DNA of 64,000 nt from NCBI GenBank assembly GCA_025358305.1, contig JANYJZ010000018.1, positions 19,403-83,402 of the forward strand, given 5' to 3'. A model generated the notes under the pieces. The model searched no databases. It had not been told where the DNA came from and saw only the letters and a program-made list of their open reading frames with translations. Positions within the stretch are counted from its first letter, which is position 1; the number at the start of each line of letters is the position of its first letter. The position numbers were made by a program, and so were the translations under genes. Shown piece by piece: positions 50,818 through 59,677 of the stretch. The DNA comes from Ignavibacteriota bacterium. GTDB taxonomy: Bacteria; Bacteroidota; Ignavibacteria; UBA10030; SZUA-254.

Positions 50818-51876
50818 ATGCACCTACGCGAGATCGCGGCGCTCGTCGGCGGAGAGATCGTCGGGAGCGCGGACGCTGAGATCCTCCGCGTCGAGAAGAT
50901 CGAGGAGGCCCGCTCCGGCGCCATCACGTTTCTTGCGAACCGGAAGTACAAGCAGTTCCTCGGCACGACGGGCGCCAGCGCCATCCTCGTCGGCCGCACC
51001 ACGCCGGCGGAGGAGCTCCGGGGACATACCGGACGGCTCTCCTTTGTCCTGGTGGACGACCCGTACCGTTCGTTCCTCCGGCTCGTCGATGTGTTCCATC
51101 CCGCCGCCACCACGACGCTCAAAGGCATCCATCCGACGGCGATCGTCGCGCCGGGCGCTACGGTCCATCCCGACGCGGTGCTGGGAGCGTACGTCATCGT
51201 CGGAGAGCGTGCGGCGATCGGCGCCCGCGCGGTCATTCTCCATCACTGCGTGATCGCCGAGGACGTGACCGTCGGCGACGACACGCTCCTCTACCCTTCG
51301 GTCGTCGTCCGTGAAGGCACGAAGATCGGCCTGCGCGTCATCATCCACTCCGGGACGGTCATCGGGAGCGACGGATTCGGGTTCGCACCGACCCCCAGCG
51401 GAGCATACGAAAAGATCCCGCAGCGCGGGACCGTCGTCGTCGGCGACGACGTCGAGATCGGCGCGAACTGCACCATCGACAGGGCCACCCTGGGCGAAAC
51501 TCGCATCGAGCGCGGCGTGAAGATGGACAACCTTATCATGATCGCGCACAACGTGACGATCGGCGAGGACACCGTCATCGCAGGACAGGCCGGCGTCTCC
51601 GGCAGCACGAAGATCGGCAAGCAGTGCATGATCGGAGGCCAGGCCGGCTTCGCCGGCCACATCACCATCGCGGACCGCACGGGGGCGGGAGCCCAGTCCG
51701 GATACGCAAAATCGATCACGGAGCCGGGAACGAACTGGTTCGGTTCACCTGCGAAAGAGGTCTCCCGCGCGTTCCGCATCGAGGCGGCCCTCAAGCAGCT
51801 CCCCGAGCTCCTCACCGAGGTCCAGCAACTCAAGCTGCGGATCGCAGAGCTCGAACAACAACTTCACGGAAAGTAA
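50818..51876 (+). CDS. lpxD: UDP-3-O-acylglucosamine N-acyltransferase.
   Basis: 352 aa. An N-terminal LpxD domain and left-handed beta-helix hexapeptide repeats. Confidence 0.9.
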   Translation: MHLREIAALVGGEIVGSADAEILRVEKIEEARSGAITFLANRKYKQFLGTTGASAILVGRTTPAEELRGHTGRLSFVLVDDPYRSFLRLVDVFHPAATTTLKGIHPTAIVAPGATVHPDAVLGAYVIVGERAAIGARAVILHHCVIAEDVTVGDDTLLYPSVVVREGTKIGLRVIIHSGTVIGSDGFGFAPTPSGAYEKIPQRGTVVVGDDVEIGANCTIDRATLGETRIERGVKMDNLIMIAHNVTIGEDTVIAGQAGVSGSTKIGKQCMIGGQAGFAGHITIADRTGAGAQSGYAKSITEPGTNWFGSPAKEVSRAFRIEAALKQLPELLTEVQQLKLRIAELEQQLHGK

Positions 51877-51889
51877 CGAAAGGACCCGC

Positions 51890-53302
51890 ATGGTCGTCCA
51901 GCAGCGAACAATCAAGGATCCGGTCACGCTCTCCGGCGTGGGACTTCACACCGGCGTCAGCACCACCATGACGTTCCGGCCTGCGCCCGAAAACTCCGGG
52001 ATACGCTTCAAGCGCGTGGACCTGCCCGGAAAGCCCGAGATCCCGGCGCTCGTGGACCTCGTGGTGGAAGTGGCCCGAGGAACGACCATCTGCCAGGGCG
52101 AGGCGAAGGTCCACACGGTCGAGCATGTCCTGGCGGCGATCGTCGGCATGGACGTTGACAATATCCTCATCGAGCTCAACAACATCGAGCCGCCGATCTG
52201 CGACGGAAGCTCCATGCCTTTTGTCGAAGCGCTGACCAAAGCCGGCTTCGTGACGCAGAACGAGCCGAAGGACTACCTCATCATCGACCAGACCGTCAGG
52301 TACACCGACGAGAAGCTCGGCGTCGACATCGTCGCGCTGCCCACCGACGAGTACCGCCTCACCGTCATGATCGACTACCAGAATCCCGTCCTCGGGAGCC
52401 AGCATACCGGCCTGTTCAACATGGAGAAGGAGTTCGTCTCGGAGTTCGCGTCCGCGCGCACGTTCTGCTTCCTCCACGAGGTGGAGATGCTCCATTCGCG
52501 CGGGCTCATCAAAGGAGGCAACCTCGACAACGCGATCGTCATCGCGGACCAGGACCTCCCGGACGACGAGCTCCGGAGGATCGCGAAGAAGCTGGGCATC
52601 AGCGACTCCATCATCATGGGAAAGACCGGGATGCTCAATAACCGCGAGCTCCGGTTCCGCAACGAACCCGCGCGTCACAAGCTCCTCGATCTCATGGGCG
52701 ACCTCGCCCTCATCGGCGCGCCCCTGAAGGCCCAGATCCTCGCCGCGCGGCCCGGCCATGCGAGCAACGTCGAGTTCGCCAAGAAGATCCGCAAGCTCTA
52801 CCAGCAGAAATCGCTCGTGAAGAAGTACCAGTACGAGAAGAAGGCCGGGATCGTCTTTGACATCAATGCGCTGCAGAACATCCTCCCCCACCGCTATCCG
52901 TTCCTCCTCCTTGACAAGATCGTCGAGTTCAAGATCGACGAGAAGATCGTCGGGGTGAAGAACGTGACGATCAACGAGTGGTTCTTCGAAGGTCACTTTC
53001 CGGGCCGGCCCGTCATGCCAGGCGTGCTCATCATCGAGGCGATGGCCCAGGCCGGCGGCATCCTCCTCCTCAACGGCGTGGAGAATCCCGGCACGAAGCT
53101 CGCGATGTTCACGAGCATCAACAACGCAAAATTTCGGCGACAGGTCGTCCCGGGCGACCAGCTCATCATGGAGCTGCAGATCGTGAACCGCCGATCACGC
53201 ATGGCGCAGATGTCCGCAAAGGCGTTCGTCGACGGCGAGCTCGTCGCCGAAGCGGAACTGAGCGCTGCGATCGTCGACAAGACGGAGAACGCCAAGCAAT
53301 AA
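51890..53302 (+). CDS. Bifunctional UDP-3-O-acyl-GlcNAc deacetylase / 3-hydroxyacyl-ACP dehydratase (LpxC-FabZ fusion).
   Basis: 470 aa. The N-terminal roughly 300 aa are LpxC (TLSGVGLHTG..., HTVEHVLAA). The C-terminal roughly 150 aa are FabZ hot-dog (ILPHRYPFLLLDKIVE...GHFPGRPVMPGVLIIEAMAQ). Confidence 0.9.
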   Translation: MVVQQRTIKDPVTLSGVGLHTGVSTTMTFRPAPENSGIRFKRVDLPGKPEIPALVDLVVEVARGTTICQGEAKVHTVEHVLAAIVGMDVDNILIELNNIEPPICDGSSMPFVEALTKAGFVTQNEPKDYLIIDQTVRYTDEKLGVDIVALPTDEYRLTVMIDYQNPVLGSQHTGLFNMEKEFVSEFASARTFCFLHEVEMLHSRGLIKGGNLDNAIVIADQDLPDDELRRIAKKLGISDSIIMGKTGMLNNRELRFRNEPARHKLLDLMGDLALIGAPLKAQILAARPGHASNVEFAKKIRKLYQQKSLVKKYQYEKKAGIVFDINALQNILPHRYPFLLLDKIVEFKIDEKIVGVKNVTINEWFFEGHFPGRPVMPGVLIIEAMAQAGGILLLNGVENPGTKLAMFTSINNAKFRRQVVPGDQLIMELQIVNRRSRMAQMSAKAFVDGELVAEAELSAAIVDKTENAKQ

Positions 53303-53355
53303 AGCCGCACGCGCGGCAGAGTCAGTCCTTGATCATTACATTCGACGCTTGATCC

Positions 53356-54138
53356 ATGACCACCATCGATCCACGTGCACTCGTCTCCCCGAAGGCCCAA
53401 CTCGGCGACAATGTCACCATCGGCCCGTTCGCCGTCATTGAGGACGACGTCGTCATCGGCGCAGGCACCTCTGTCGGCTCCCACGCGCTCCTGGCGAGCG
53501 GCACCCGCGTCGGCAAGGAATGCCGGATCCACCACGGCGCCGTCCTCGGCACGCAGCCCCAAGACCTGAAGTTTCACGGCGAGGTGACGGTCCTCGAGGT
53601 CGGCGACGCCACGACCATCCGGGAATACGCCACGATCAATCGGGGCACAGTCGACCGCGGAAAGACGACCGTCGGGTCACACTGCTTCATCATGGCGTAC
53701 GCACACATCGCGCACGACTGCTCGGTTGGCAACCACGTCATCCTCGCCAACTCCGTGAACATGGCGGGGCACGTCGTCATCGAGGACTACGTCGTCATCG
53801 GCGGTCTCGTTCCGATCCACCAGTTCGTGCGGATCGGACGCCACGCAATGATCGGCGGAGGCTTTCGCGTCGCGAAGGACGTCCCGCCGTACATCCTCGC
53901 CGGCCACGAGCCGCTCGCGTTCCAGGGCCTCAACATCGTGGGCCTCAAGCGGCGGAACTTCACCCAGAAGGCGCTCGACGGCCTCCAGGAGACCTACAAC
54001 ACCCTCTACCATTCCCAACTCAACGTCTCGCAGGCCCTGGCGAAGATCAAGGGCTCCGGCGAGATCTCTGACGAGATCAGGCACGTCGTCGATTTCATTG
54101 AAAAGAGCAAGCGCGGCATCATCTGGAACCGAAAATGA
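53356..54138 (+). CDS. lpxA: Acyl-ACP--UDP-N-acetylglucosamine O-acyltransferase.
   Basis: 260 aa. Hexapeptide repeats plus the C-terminal LpxA helical domain. Confidence 0.9.
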   Translation: MTTIDPRALVSPKAQLGDNVTIGPFAVIEDDVVIGAGTSVGSHALLASGTRVGKECRIHHGAVLGTQPQDLKFHGEVTVLEVGDATTIREYATINRGTVDRGKTTVGSHCFIMAYAHIAHDCSVGNHVILANSVNMAGHVVIEDYVVIGGLVPIHQFVRIGRHAMIGGGFRVAKDVPPYILAGHEPLAFQGLNIVGLKRRNFTQKALDGLQETYNTLYHSQLNVSQALAKIKGSGEISDEIRHVVDFIEKSKRGIIWNRK

Positions 54139-54893
54139 TCTGGCACTTTCGCGACGACGGACCGCAGTCCGGGGCCCTGAACATGGAGACGGACGAAATG
54201 ATGGCCCGGCAGCTCAGTGCGGGCGTCATCGGGCCGGCCGTGCGATTCTACGGCTGGCGCCCTTACGCCCTTTCCCTCGGGTTCCACCAGGAGAGCGCCG
54301 ACGTGGACGCTCGAGCGCTCGCCCAAGAAGGCATCGATCTCGTGCGGAGGCCCACAGGCGGCAAGGCGATCCTCCACGCCCGGGAACTCACCTACTGCGT
54401 CGTAGTGCCTCTCGCCGATCAGTCGCCGAAGGCGATCTACCGGTTCATCAACGAGCGCCTCATCGCCGGGCTTCGCCGCCTCGGCATCGATGCGACGTTG
54501 AGCGGCCGGGACGACGATTTCCGTTCGCTCTACCAGGACCCGGCGTCCATCCCCTGCTTTACGAGTTCCGCGCGTTCTGAGGTCCTCGTCGGCGGGAAGA
54601 AACTCATCGGCAGCGCCCAGCGGAAGTTCGGCTCCGTCATCCTCCAGCATGGTTCCGTCTTGATCGGGCCCGAACACCGCAGGATCGCTGAGTTCCTCGC
54701 GCCGCACGTGCAAGACGCCAGATCGACGGTCGAGCGCGACCTCGAAGAGAAGACGACGGAGATCGAGACCCTGCTCGGGAGACGCGTGACGTACGAGGAG
54801 GTCTCCCGTGGGCTCCGCGAAGGGTTCGCCGAGGCACCCGATCTGACGCTCATCGACGCTCGGCCGGAGCAGACCCTCGCCCCTTCCTGTTGA
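54135..54893 (+). CDS. Lipoate-protein ligase A-family catalytic-domain protein (BPL/LPL domain; LplA N-domain / octanoyltransferase-like).
   Basis: 252 aa. The motifs [29 protein letters not shown] and [11 protein letters not shown] match LplA/LipM-type catalytic domains. There is no LplA C-terminal domain. Confidence 0.7.
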   Translation: MIWHFRDDGPQSGALNMETDEMMARQLSAGVIGPAVRFYGWRPYALSLGFHQESADVDARALAQEGIDLVRRPTGGKAILHARELTYCVVVPLADQSPKAIYRFINERLIAGLRRLGIDATLSGRDDDFRSLYQDPASIPCFTSSARSEVLVGGKKLIGSAQRKFGSVILQHGSVLIGPEHRRIAEFLAPHVQDARSTVERDLEEKTTEIETLLGRRVTYEEVSRGLREGFAEAPDLTLIDARPEQTLAPSC

Positions 54894-54931
54894 CGATTCC
54901 ACGCTCATCACCCACTATCGCGTACAAGACC

Positions 54932-55759
54932 ATGAAACAACATAAGCAGGCCGCAGCGAAGCCGAGAGTCGTCACGACGAAGACCGTCTTGACGATGAAG
55001 CAGTCTGGCGAGAAGATCGCCATGCTCACCGCGTATGATTTTCTCATCGCGAAGTATCTCGACCAGGTCGGCATCGACATCATCCTCGTCGGGGACTCCC
55101 TCGGCAACGTCGTGCAGGGGTATGAGACGACCCTTCCGGTCACGGTCGATGATATGATCTACCACGCCAAGGCGGTGAAGCGGGCCGTGAAGAACGCCCT
55201 CATCGTGGTCGACATGCCCTTCATGTCGTTCCAGACGAGCATCGACGACGCCGTGCGTAACGCCGGCAGGATCATGAAAGAAGTGGGGGTCGGCGCTGTA
55301 AAGCTTGAAGGAGGCGCCTACATCGCCGAGATCGTGCGCCACTTGGTAAAGGTCGGCATCCCGGTCATGGGCCATTTAGGGCTCACCCCGCAGGCCATCA
55401 ACAAGTTCGGCACGTACGAAGTGCGCGCTCAATCGAAGAGCGAAGCCGACGAGCTCCTCGCCGATGCGAAGGTCCTGGCCGATGCCGGCGTCTTCGCGAT
55501 CGTCCTCGAGAAGATCCCTTCGGCGCTCGCGAAGAAGGTGACCAATGCCATCTCCGTCCCAACGATCGGCATCGGCGCGGGCCCCGACTGCGACGGCCAG
55601 GTCCTCGTCGTGTACGACATGCTCGGCCTCACCGAGGAGTTCAAACCCCGGTTCGTCCGGCGTTATTCCGAGCTCGCGGAGAATCTGCGCGGCGCGTTCG
55701 GGCAGTATATCAAGGACGTCAAGGGACACGAGTTTCCCAAGAAGAAAGAGAGCTACTAG
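54932..55759 (+). CDS. panB: 3-methyl-2-oxobutanoate hydroxymethyltransferase.
   Basis: The start was re-anchored to ATG 54932. Motifs [15 protein letters not shown] and GGAYIAEIV, with a catalytic E. Confidence 0.9.
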   Translation: MKQHKQAAAKPRVVTTKTVLTMKQSGEKIAMLTAYDFLIAKYLDQVGIDIILVGDSLGNVVQGYETTLPVTVDDMIYHAKAVKRAVKNALIVVDMPFMSFQTSIDDAVRNAGRIMKEVGVGAVKLEGGAYIAEIVRHLVKVGIPVMGHLGLTPQAINKFGTYEVRAQSKSEADELLADAKVLADAGVFAIVLEKIPSALAKKVTNAISVPTIGIGAGPDCDGQVLVVYDMLGLTEEFKPRFVRRYSELAENLRGAFGQYIKDVKGHEFPKKKESY

Positions 55760-55765
55760 GTACAG

Positions 55766-56554
55766 ATGTCAGCGCGAAAAGCGAAACTCCCCTCCATCCT
55801 CGTCTCCAACGACGACGGCATTGACGCTCCCGGCATCGAGGCCCTGGTCAGAGAACTCGTGAAGATCGGCAGCGTCACGGTCGTGGCCCCCGACAAGCAG
55901 CGCAGCGCCGTCGGCCACGCCATCACGATGAACTACCCCCTGCGCGTAACGAAGTTCCAGAAGGACCGGAAATTCTTCGGCTATGCGGTGGAAGGGACGC
56001 CGGCTGACTGTGTCAAGCTCGCGATCGCCACGCTCCTTCCTCGGAAGCCGGACCTCCTCGTCTCCGGCGTCAACCACGGATCGAATACCGCCATAAACGT
56101 CATCTATTCCGGCACGGTCTCCGCCGCGACCGAGGGCACGATCCTCGGCATTCCGTCGATTGCGGTGTCCTTGACGACGCACGGCACCGCGGACTTCCGC
56201 GAGGCTGCGAAGTTCGCGCGGAAGCTTGCCGCCTACGTGCTGAAAAAGGGTCTCCCGAACGCGACGCTCCTCAACGTCAACGTACCGGCGGCGAAGGCAA
56301 CAGATATCCGCGGCGTAAAGCTTACCCGGCAAGGGATCACACGGTGGGTGGAGTCGTTCGACGTCCGGATGGACCCGAACAATAAGGAATACTACTGGCT
56401 GAAGGGTAAGCTCGAGATCTTGGACCACGCCCCCGATACCGACGAGATCGCCGTTCGGAACAACTACATCTCCATCACGCCCATTCAGTTCGACCTCACC
56501 GATTACAAGGCTCTCGAAGCGATGCGCCGCGCGAAATTCGGCGAGCTTCTCTAA
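55766..56554 (+). CDS. surE: 5'/3'-nucleotidase SurE.
   Basis: 262 aa. ILVSNDDGIDAPGI and GVNHGSN motifs. Confidence 0.9.
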   Translation: MSARKAKLPSILVSNDDGIDAPGIEALVRELVKIGSVTVVAPDKQRSAVGHAITMNYPLRVTKFQKDRKFFGYAVEGTPADCVKLAIATLLPRKPDLLVSGVNHGSNTAINVIYSGTVSAATEGTILGIPSIAVSLTTHGTADFREAAKFARKLAAYVLKKGLPNATLLNVNVPAAKATDIRGVKLTRQGITRWVESFDVRMDPNNKEYYWLKGKLEILDHAPDTDEIAVRNNYISITPIQFDLTDYKALEAMRRAKFGELL

Positions 56555-56660
56555 AGCGGACCTCCCCGCGCCCCGCTATTGAGCCAGCGGTGCATCTGTG
56601 CGTACCGGCGCTCCCCCCCCCAAAAGAAACAAAACACACCTCCGGCAGGAACTTCCCTCC

Positions 56661-57911
56661 CTACTGCGCCGAAGCAATCTTCCTGCGCAACGAACGCCAC
56701 CGCACACAGAAACCGATGTCGAAGAGCAGGACGGCCATCATCGACAAGGAACTCACGAGGATATTGTCCTTGTACGGGTACGGTTCCCAGTCATGGAGCG
56801 GCCCGAAGAGAAGATATGTCAGAAGAATGAGGACGAAGAGAGCCGAGAACGGTCCCCCCGCATACTCTTCGAGCTCCTCGACCTTGATGAGATCCTTGCT
56901 CACAAGGTAGAAGATGGCGAAGAAATTGCAGAAGACGACCGCCGAGAGCCACCGGCCGTAGTCCGTCGCGATGGGCACCAGCAACAATCCACTCAAGGTG
57001 GCGAGAATGAGGAGCCAGAACGCACCCCGGTGCGCCCCACAGTTCTTGAGTGCGCGCCCCCAGAGGTTCGCAAGGACCAGGAACACCGGGCTCATCATGA
57101 CGATCGCCATGATGAAATTGACGATCGAACCTGAGTCATACAAGGACGAAGAGGCCAGCGCGGAATGGTTCCTGACGCTGAAGTAGCATTCGCGCATGGA
57201 TAGTTCCGTGAGGTGGTACGCCGCCCGTGATTGAATGAGGCGCGAGAATTCTTCAAACGACAGCGCCGGGGTGCCGAAGTTGTAGAGGACGAGGAACGCG
57301 CCGGCAACGCCCAGCACCGACGCAATGATCGTGACGAGCATCGCCCTCCGTCTTCCTTCCCGAAGATACGCAAAGACCATCATTGCCACGATCGTCGGGG
57401 CGCACAGTACCAAAAAGCCTTCGTGGATGAACATCGCCACACTCATGAGGATCGGGATGAGCCACAATTGCCGATTACGCGATACGAGGGTCAGGGAGAG
57501 CAGTAGGATCATCATGAGGAAGAGATCGAAGCGCCCCAGGTCACGCGCAGAGAGGGAAAGCGTGGCAGGTGCGGCCACAAACAGGAGGATCAACCGGAAG
57601 AGACGCCCGCCCTTGTCCTTGTGCCGCAGGAGGACGTAGAAGATGACGAGCAGGAGCGCAAGAAACGTGCAATAGGAGATCAGTGTGATAAGGTGAACAC
57701 TCTCGAGCGTCATGATCGGCACCCAGAGTTTGGCGATCGCGCCGAGGAGCCCCCTGCGAACGAGGCCGTAATCGTACGACAACGCCCAGTGAGAGACGCC
57801 GTACATATTCTCAAAACCCGTCGGCGTCGGCATCCACCACCGTGTCACCCCGAGCATGGTGACAAGGATGAGGAGCACCTCTTGTTCATGTTCTTCTATG
57901 AATCTTCTCAT
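56661..57911 (-). CDS. Hypothetical polytopic integral membrane protein.
   Basis: About 10 TM helices. The start is uncertain (ATG 57911 or an earlier alternative up to 57998). No motif was recognised. Confidence 0.5.
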   Translation of the reverse strand: MRRFIEEHEQEVLLILVTMLGVTRWWMPTPTGFENMYGVSHWALSYDYGLVRRGLLGAIAKLWVPIMTLESVHLITLISYCTFLALLLVIFYVLLRHKDKGGRLFRLILLFVAAPATLSLSARDLGRFDLFLMMILLLSLTLVSRNRQLWLIPILMSVAMFIHEGFLVLCAPTIVAMMVFAYLREGRRRAMLVTIIASVLGVAGAFLVLYNFGTPALSFEEFSRLIQSRAAYHLTELSMRECYFSVRNHSALASSSLYDSGSIVNFIMAIVMMSPVFLVLANLWGRALKNCGAHRGAFWLLILATLSGLLLVPIATDYGRWLSAVVFCNFFAIFYLVSKDLIKVEELEEYAGGPFSALFVLILLTYLLFGPLHDWEPYPYKDNILVSSLSMMAVLLFDIGFCVRWRSLRRKIASAQ

Positions 57912-58020
57912 ACCGAGCCTGGCAATAGTTGTTGAACGCATCGGTGAAAGAACAGCACCCCGGTGACGCCCACTCTCACGCGCAAGGTTCCATTCCACTG
58001 AAGCTGCATCGGGCGACGGA

Positions 58021-59172
58021 TCACTTCAATACGAAGTAGGCTACCATCCCGAGTATCGTTGCGTACTGCACGGCGTGCGCAAGCCGCATATTCGCTCCCT
58101 TGAGCCGATGCCAGGCGTACGCGAGTGCGTACATGGCCGCGGTGAGGAGGATCGTCAGGCCGAGGCACTGCCAGAACACGAGCGTCTTGCCGAACAGGCT
58201 GATGAAGCTCCAATCGAACGTCGTCCCGTAGACGATGAGGAGGTGCGTGGCGTACACGAGGAGCGATTCCTGTCCGAACATCGTCAGGAGGGACGACCCT
58301 CTTGCCTCCCTGCGCTGCCCATAGAGCCACAGCGCGATGCAGATGAAAAGGACGAGCCCGATGCGGACAAAGAAGAACTCCGGGCTCGCGTTCCAGAAGT
58401 TCAGTCCGGGGTAGAGCTCGAACGGCAGGAGTTCGCCGAGAAGCGAGACGGCGATGGCCGCCAACGAGAGCCCGGCGACGCGGTTCACGAGCACCCGCTC
58501 CCTCCCCGCGGCCCGTGAACGAATGAAGGCGAACCCCGTGAGCGTGCCGGCGAGGAGGAACGCGGACCAGGGAAAGGCCGGGAACTGCGACTTGAACTGC
58601 AAACTGAGGTACGGCCGGAACCAGATCGGGAGCGCGCTATGGTCCATCGCGCGTACGACCGGTGCGCAGAAGACGACCGCGACCGCGAGCACCGTGACGG
58701 CGATAAGAAAGGGGCGTTCCTTTCGCAATGTCACGGCGAGGAGCACGAGCCCCGCGAGCGTCAGCGCGATGATCTGGAGGATGTCCGACTGGAAGAAGAT
58801 GATCCAGCTCGATGCGTCAGCCTCGGTGATCATCTTGTGGAGGGAGAAGAACGGGATATGGAGCGCGTATGCGACGGCGAGGATGAATCCGAGCCGTTGA
58901 AGGTACCGCCAGAGAACGGGACGCAACGATGTGTACTCGCCCCACTTCCTGGAGAACGAGATCGCAAATCCGAACCCTGCGCAGAATAGGAACGTCGGGG
59001 CGACGAGTCCGTTGACGAAGACGAGGACCTTATACCATGCCTCTTCCTTCAGGGCCGGCTGGAGAAGGGCGTTCACGACGTGCGTCTCGATCATGAAGAG
59101 GACCGCCCACCCGCGCAGGAGGTCGATAAAATGGAACCTGGGGGATGCGGTGGGAGCGGCCGGTGCGGTCAC
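58021..59172 (-). CDS. DUF1624/HGSNAT-like acyltransferase-family membrane protein.
   Basis: 383 aa, polytopic. The N-terminal FHFIDLLRGWAVLFMIETH motif is typical of the heparan-alpha-glucosaminide N-acetyltransferase catalytic-domain family. Confidence 0.55.
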   Translation of the reverse strand: MTAPAAPTASPRFHFIDLLRGWAVLFMIETHVVNALLQPALKEEAWYKVLVFVNGLVAPTFLFCAGFGFAISFSRKWGEYTSLRPVLWRYLQRLGFILAVAYALHIPFFSLHKMITEADASSWIIFFQSDILQIIALTLAGLVLLAVTLRKERPFLIAVTVLAVAVVFCAPVVRAMDHSALPIWFRPYLSLQFKSQFPAFPWSAFLLAGTLTGFAFIRSRAAGRERVLVNRVAGLSLAAIAVSLLGELLPFELYPGLNFWNASPEFFFVRIGLVLFICIALWLYGQRREARGSSLLTMFGQESLLVYATHLLIVYGTTFDWSFISLFGKTLVFWQCLGLTILLTAAMYALAYAWHRLKGANMRLAHAVQYATILGMVAYFVLK

Positions 59173-59187
59173 AAGCGGCGTCGGGTC

Positions 59188-59565
59188 TTACAGTGCCTTC
59201 ATGGCGCGGCTCACGACGATCGCTTCGAGCCGGTCGATATCGACAGGCTTTGTCAGGTACGCATCGACGCCGAGTTTCTTCCCGTAGGTCTGGGCGAGCT
59301 GGTCGTCCACCGCCGTGAGGAAGACGAACGGGGTGTCGGAGAACTTCGGAGTCTTCTTCAGCTCCACGAAGAGGTCGAAGCCGTTCACCGGTGTCATCCG
59401 CAAGTCTGTGATGATGAGGTCCGGCTTCTCTGTTTCGAGGATCGCGTAAGCCTCCTTCCCCCCGAGGGCCGTCAGGACGATGAATCCCCGGTCTTCGAGG
59501 CCGATCTTGAGGACGCGAAGCGCTTCCGGATCGTCGTCGACGTAGAGTATGAGCGGTCGTTTCAT
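59188..59565 (-). CDS. Single-domain CheY-like response regulator receiver.
   Basis: The start was re-anchored to ATG 59565 (MKRPLILYVDDDPEAL...). Phospho-acceptor D at DLIITDLRMT, with T and K motifs present. Confidence 0.8.
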   Translation of the reverse strand: MKRPLILYVDDDPEALRVLKIGLEDRGFIVLTALGGKEAYAILETEKPDLIITDLRMTPVNGFDLFVELKKTPKFSDTPFVFLTAVDDQLAQTYGKKLGVDAYLTKPVDIDRLEAIVVSRAMKAL

Positions 59566-59677
59566 CACGAGTGTTGTCTCTCCTACAGTGTGCCCAGCCG
59601 AGGGCGAATGAACATAGCGCGAAATCGGTAGAAAGTCAAATCCGGCCCGGGCCCGCGATGGCCCGGCCCGGTCCATC

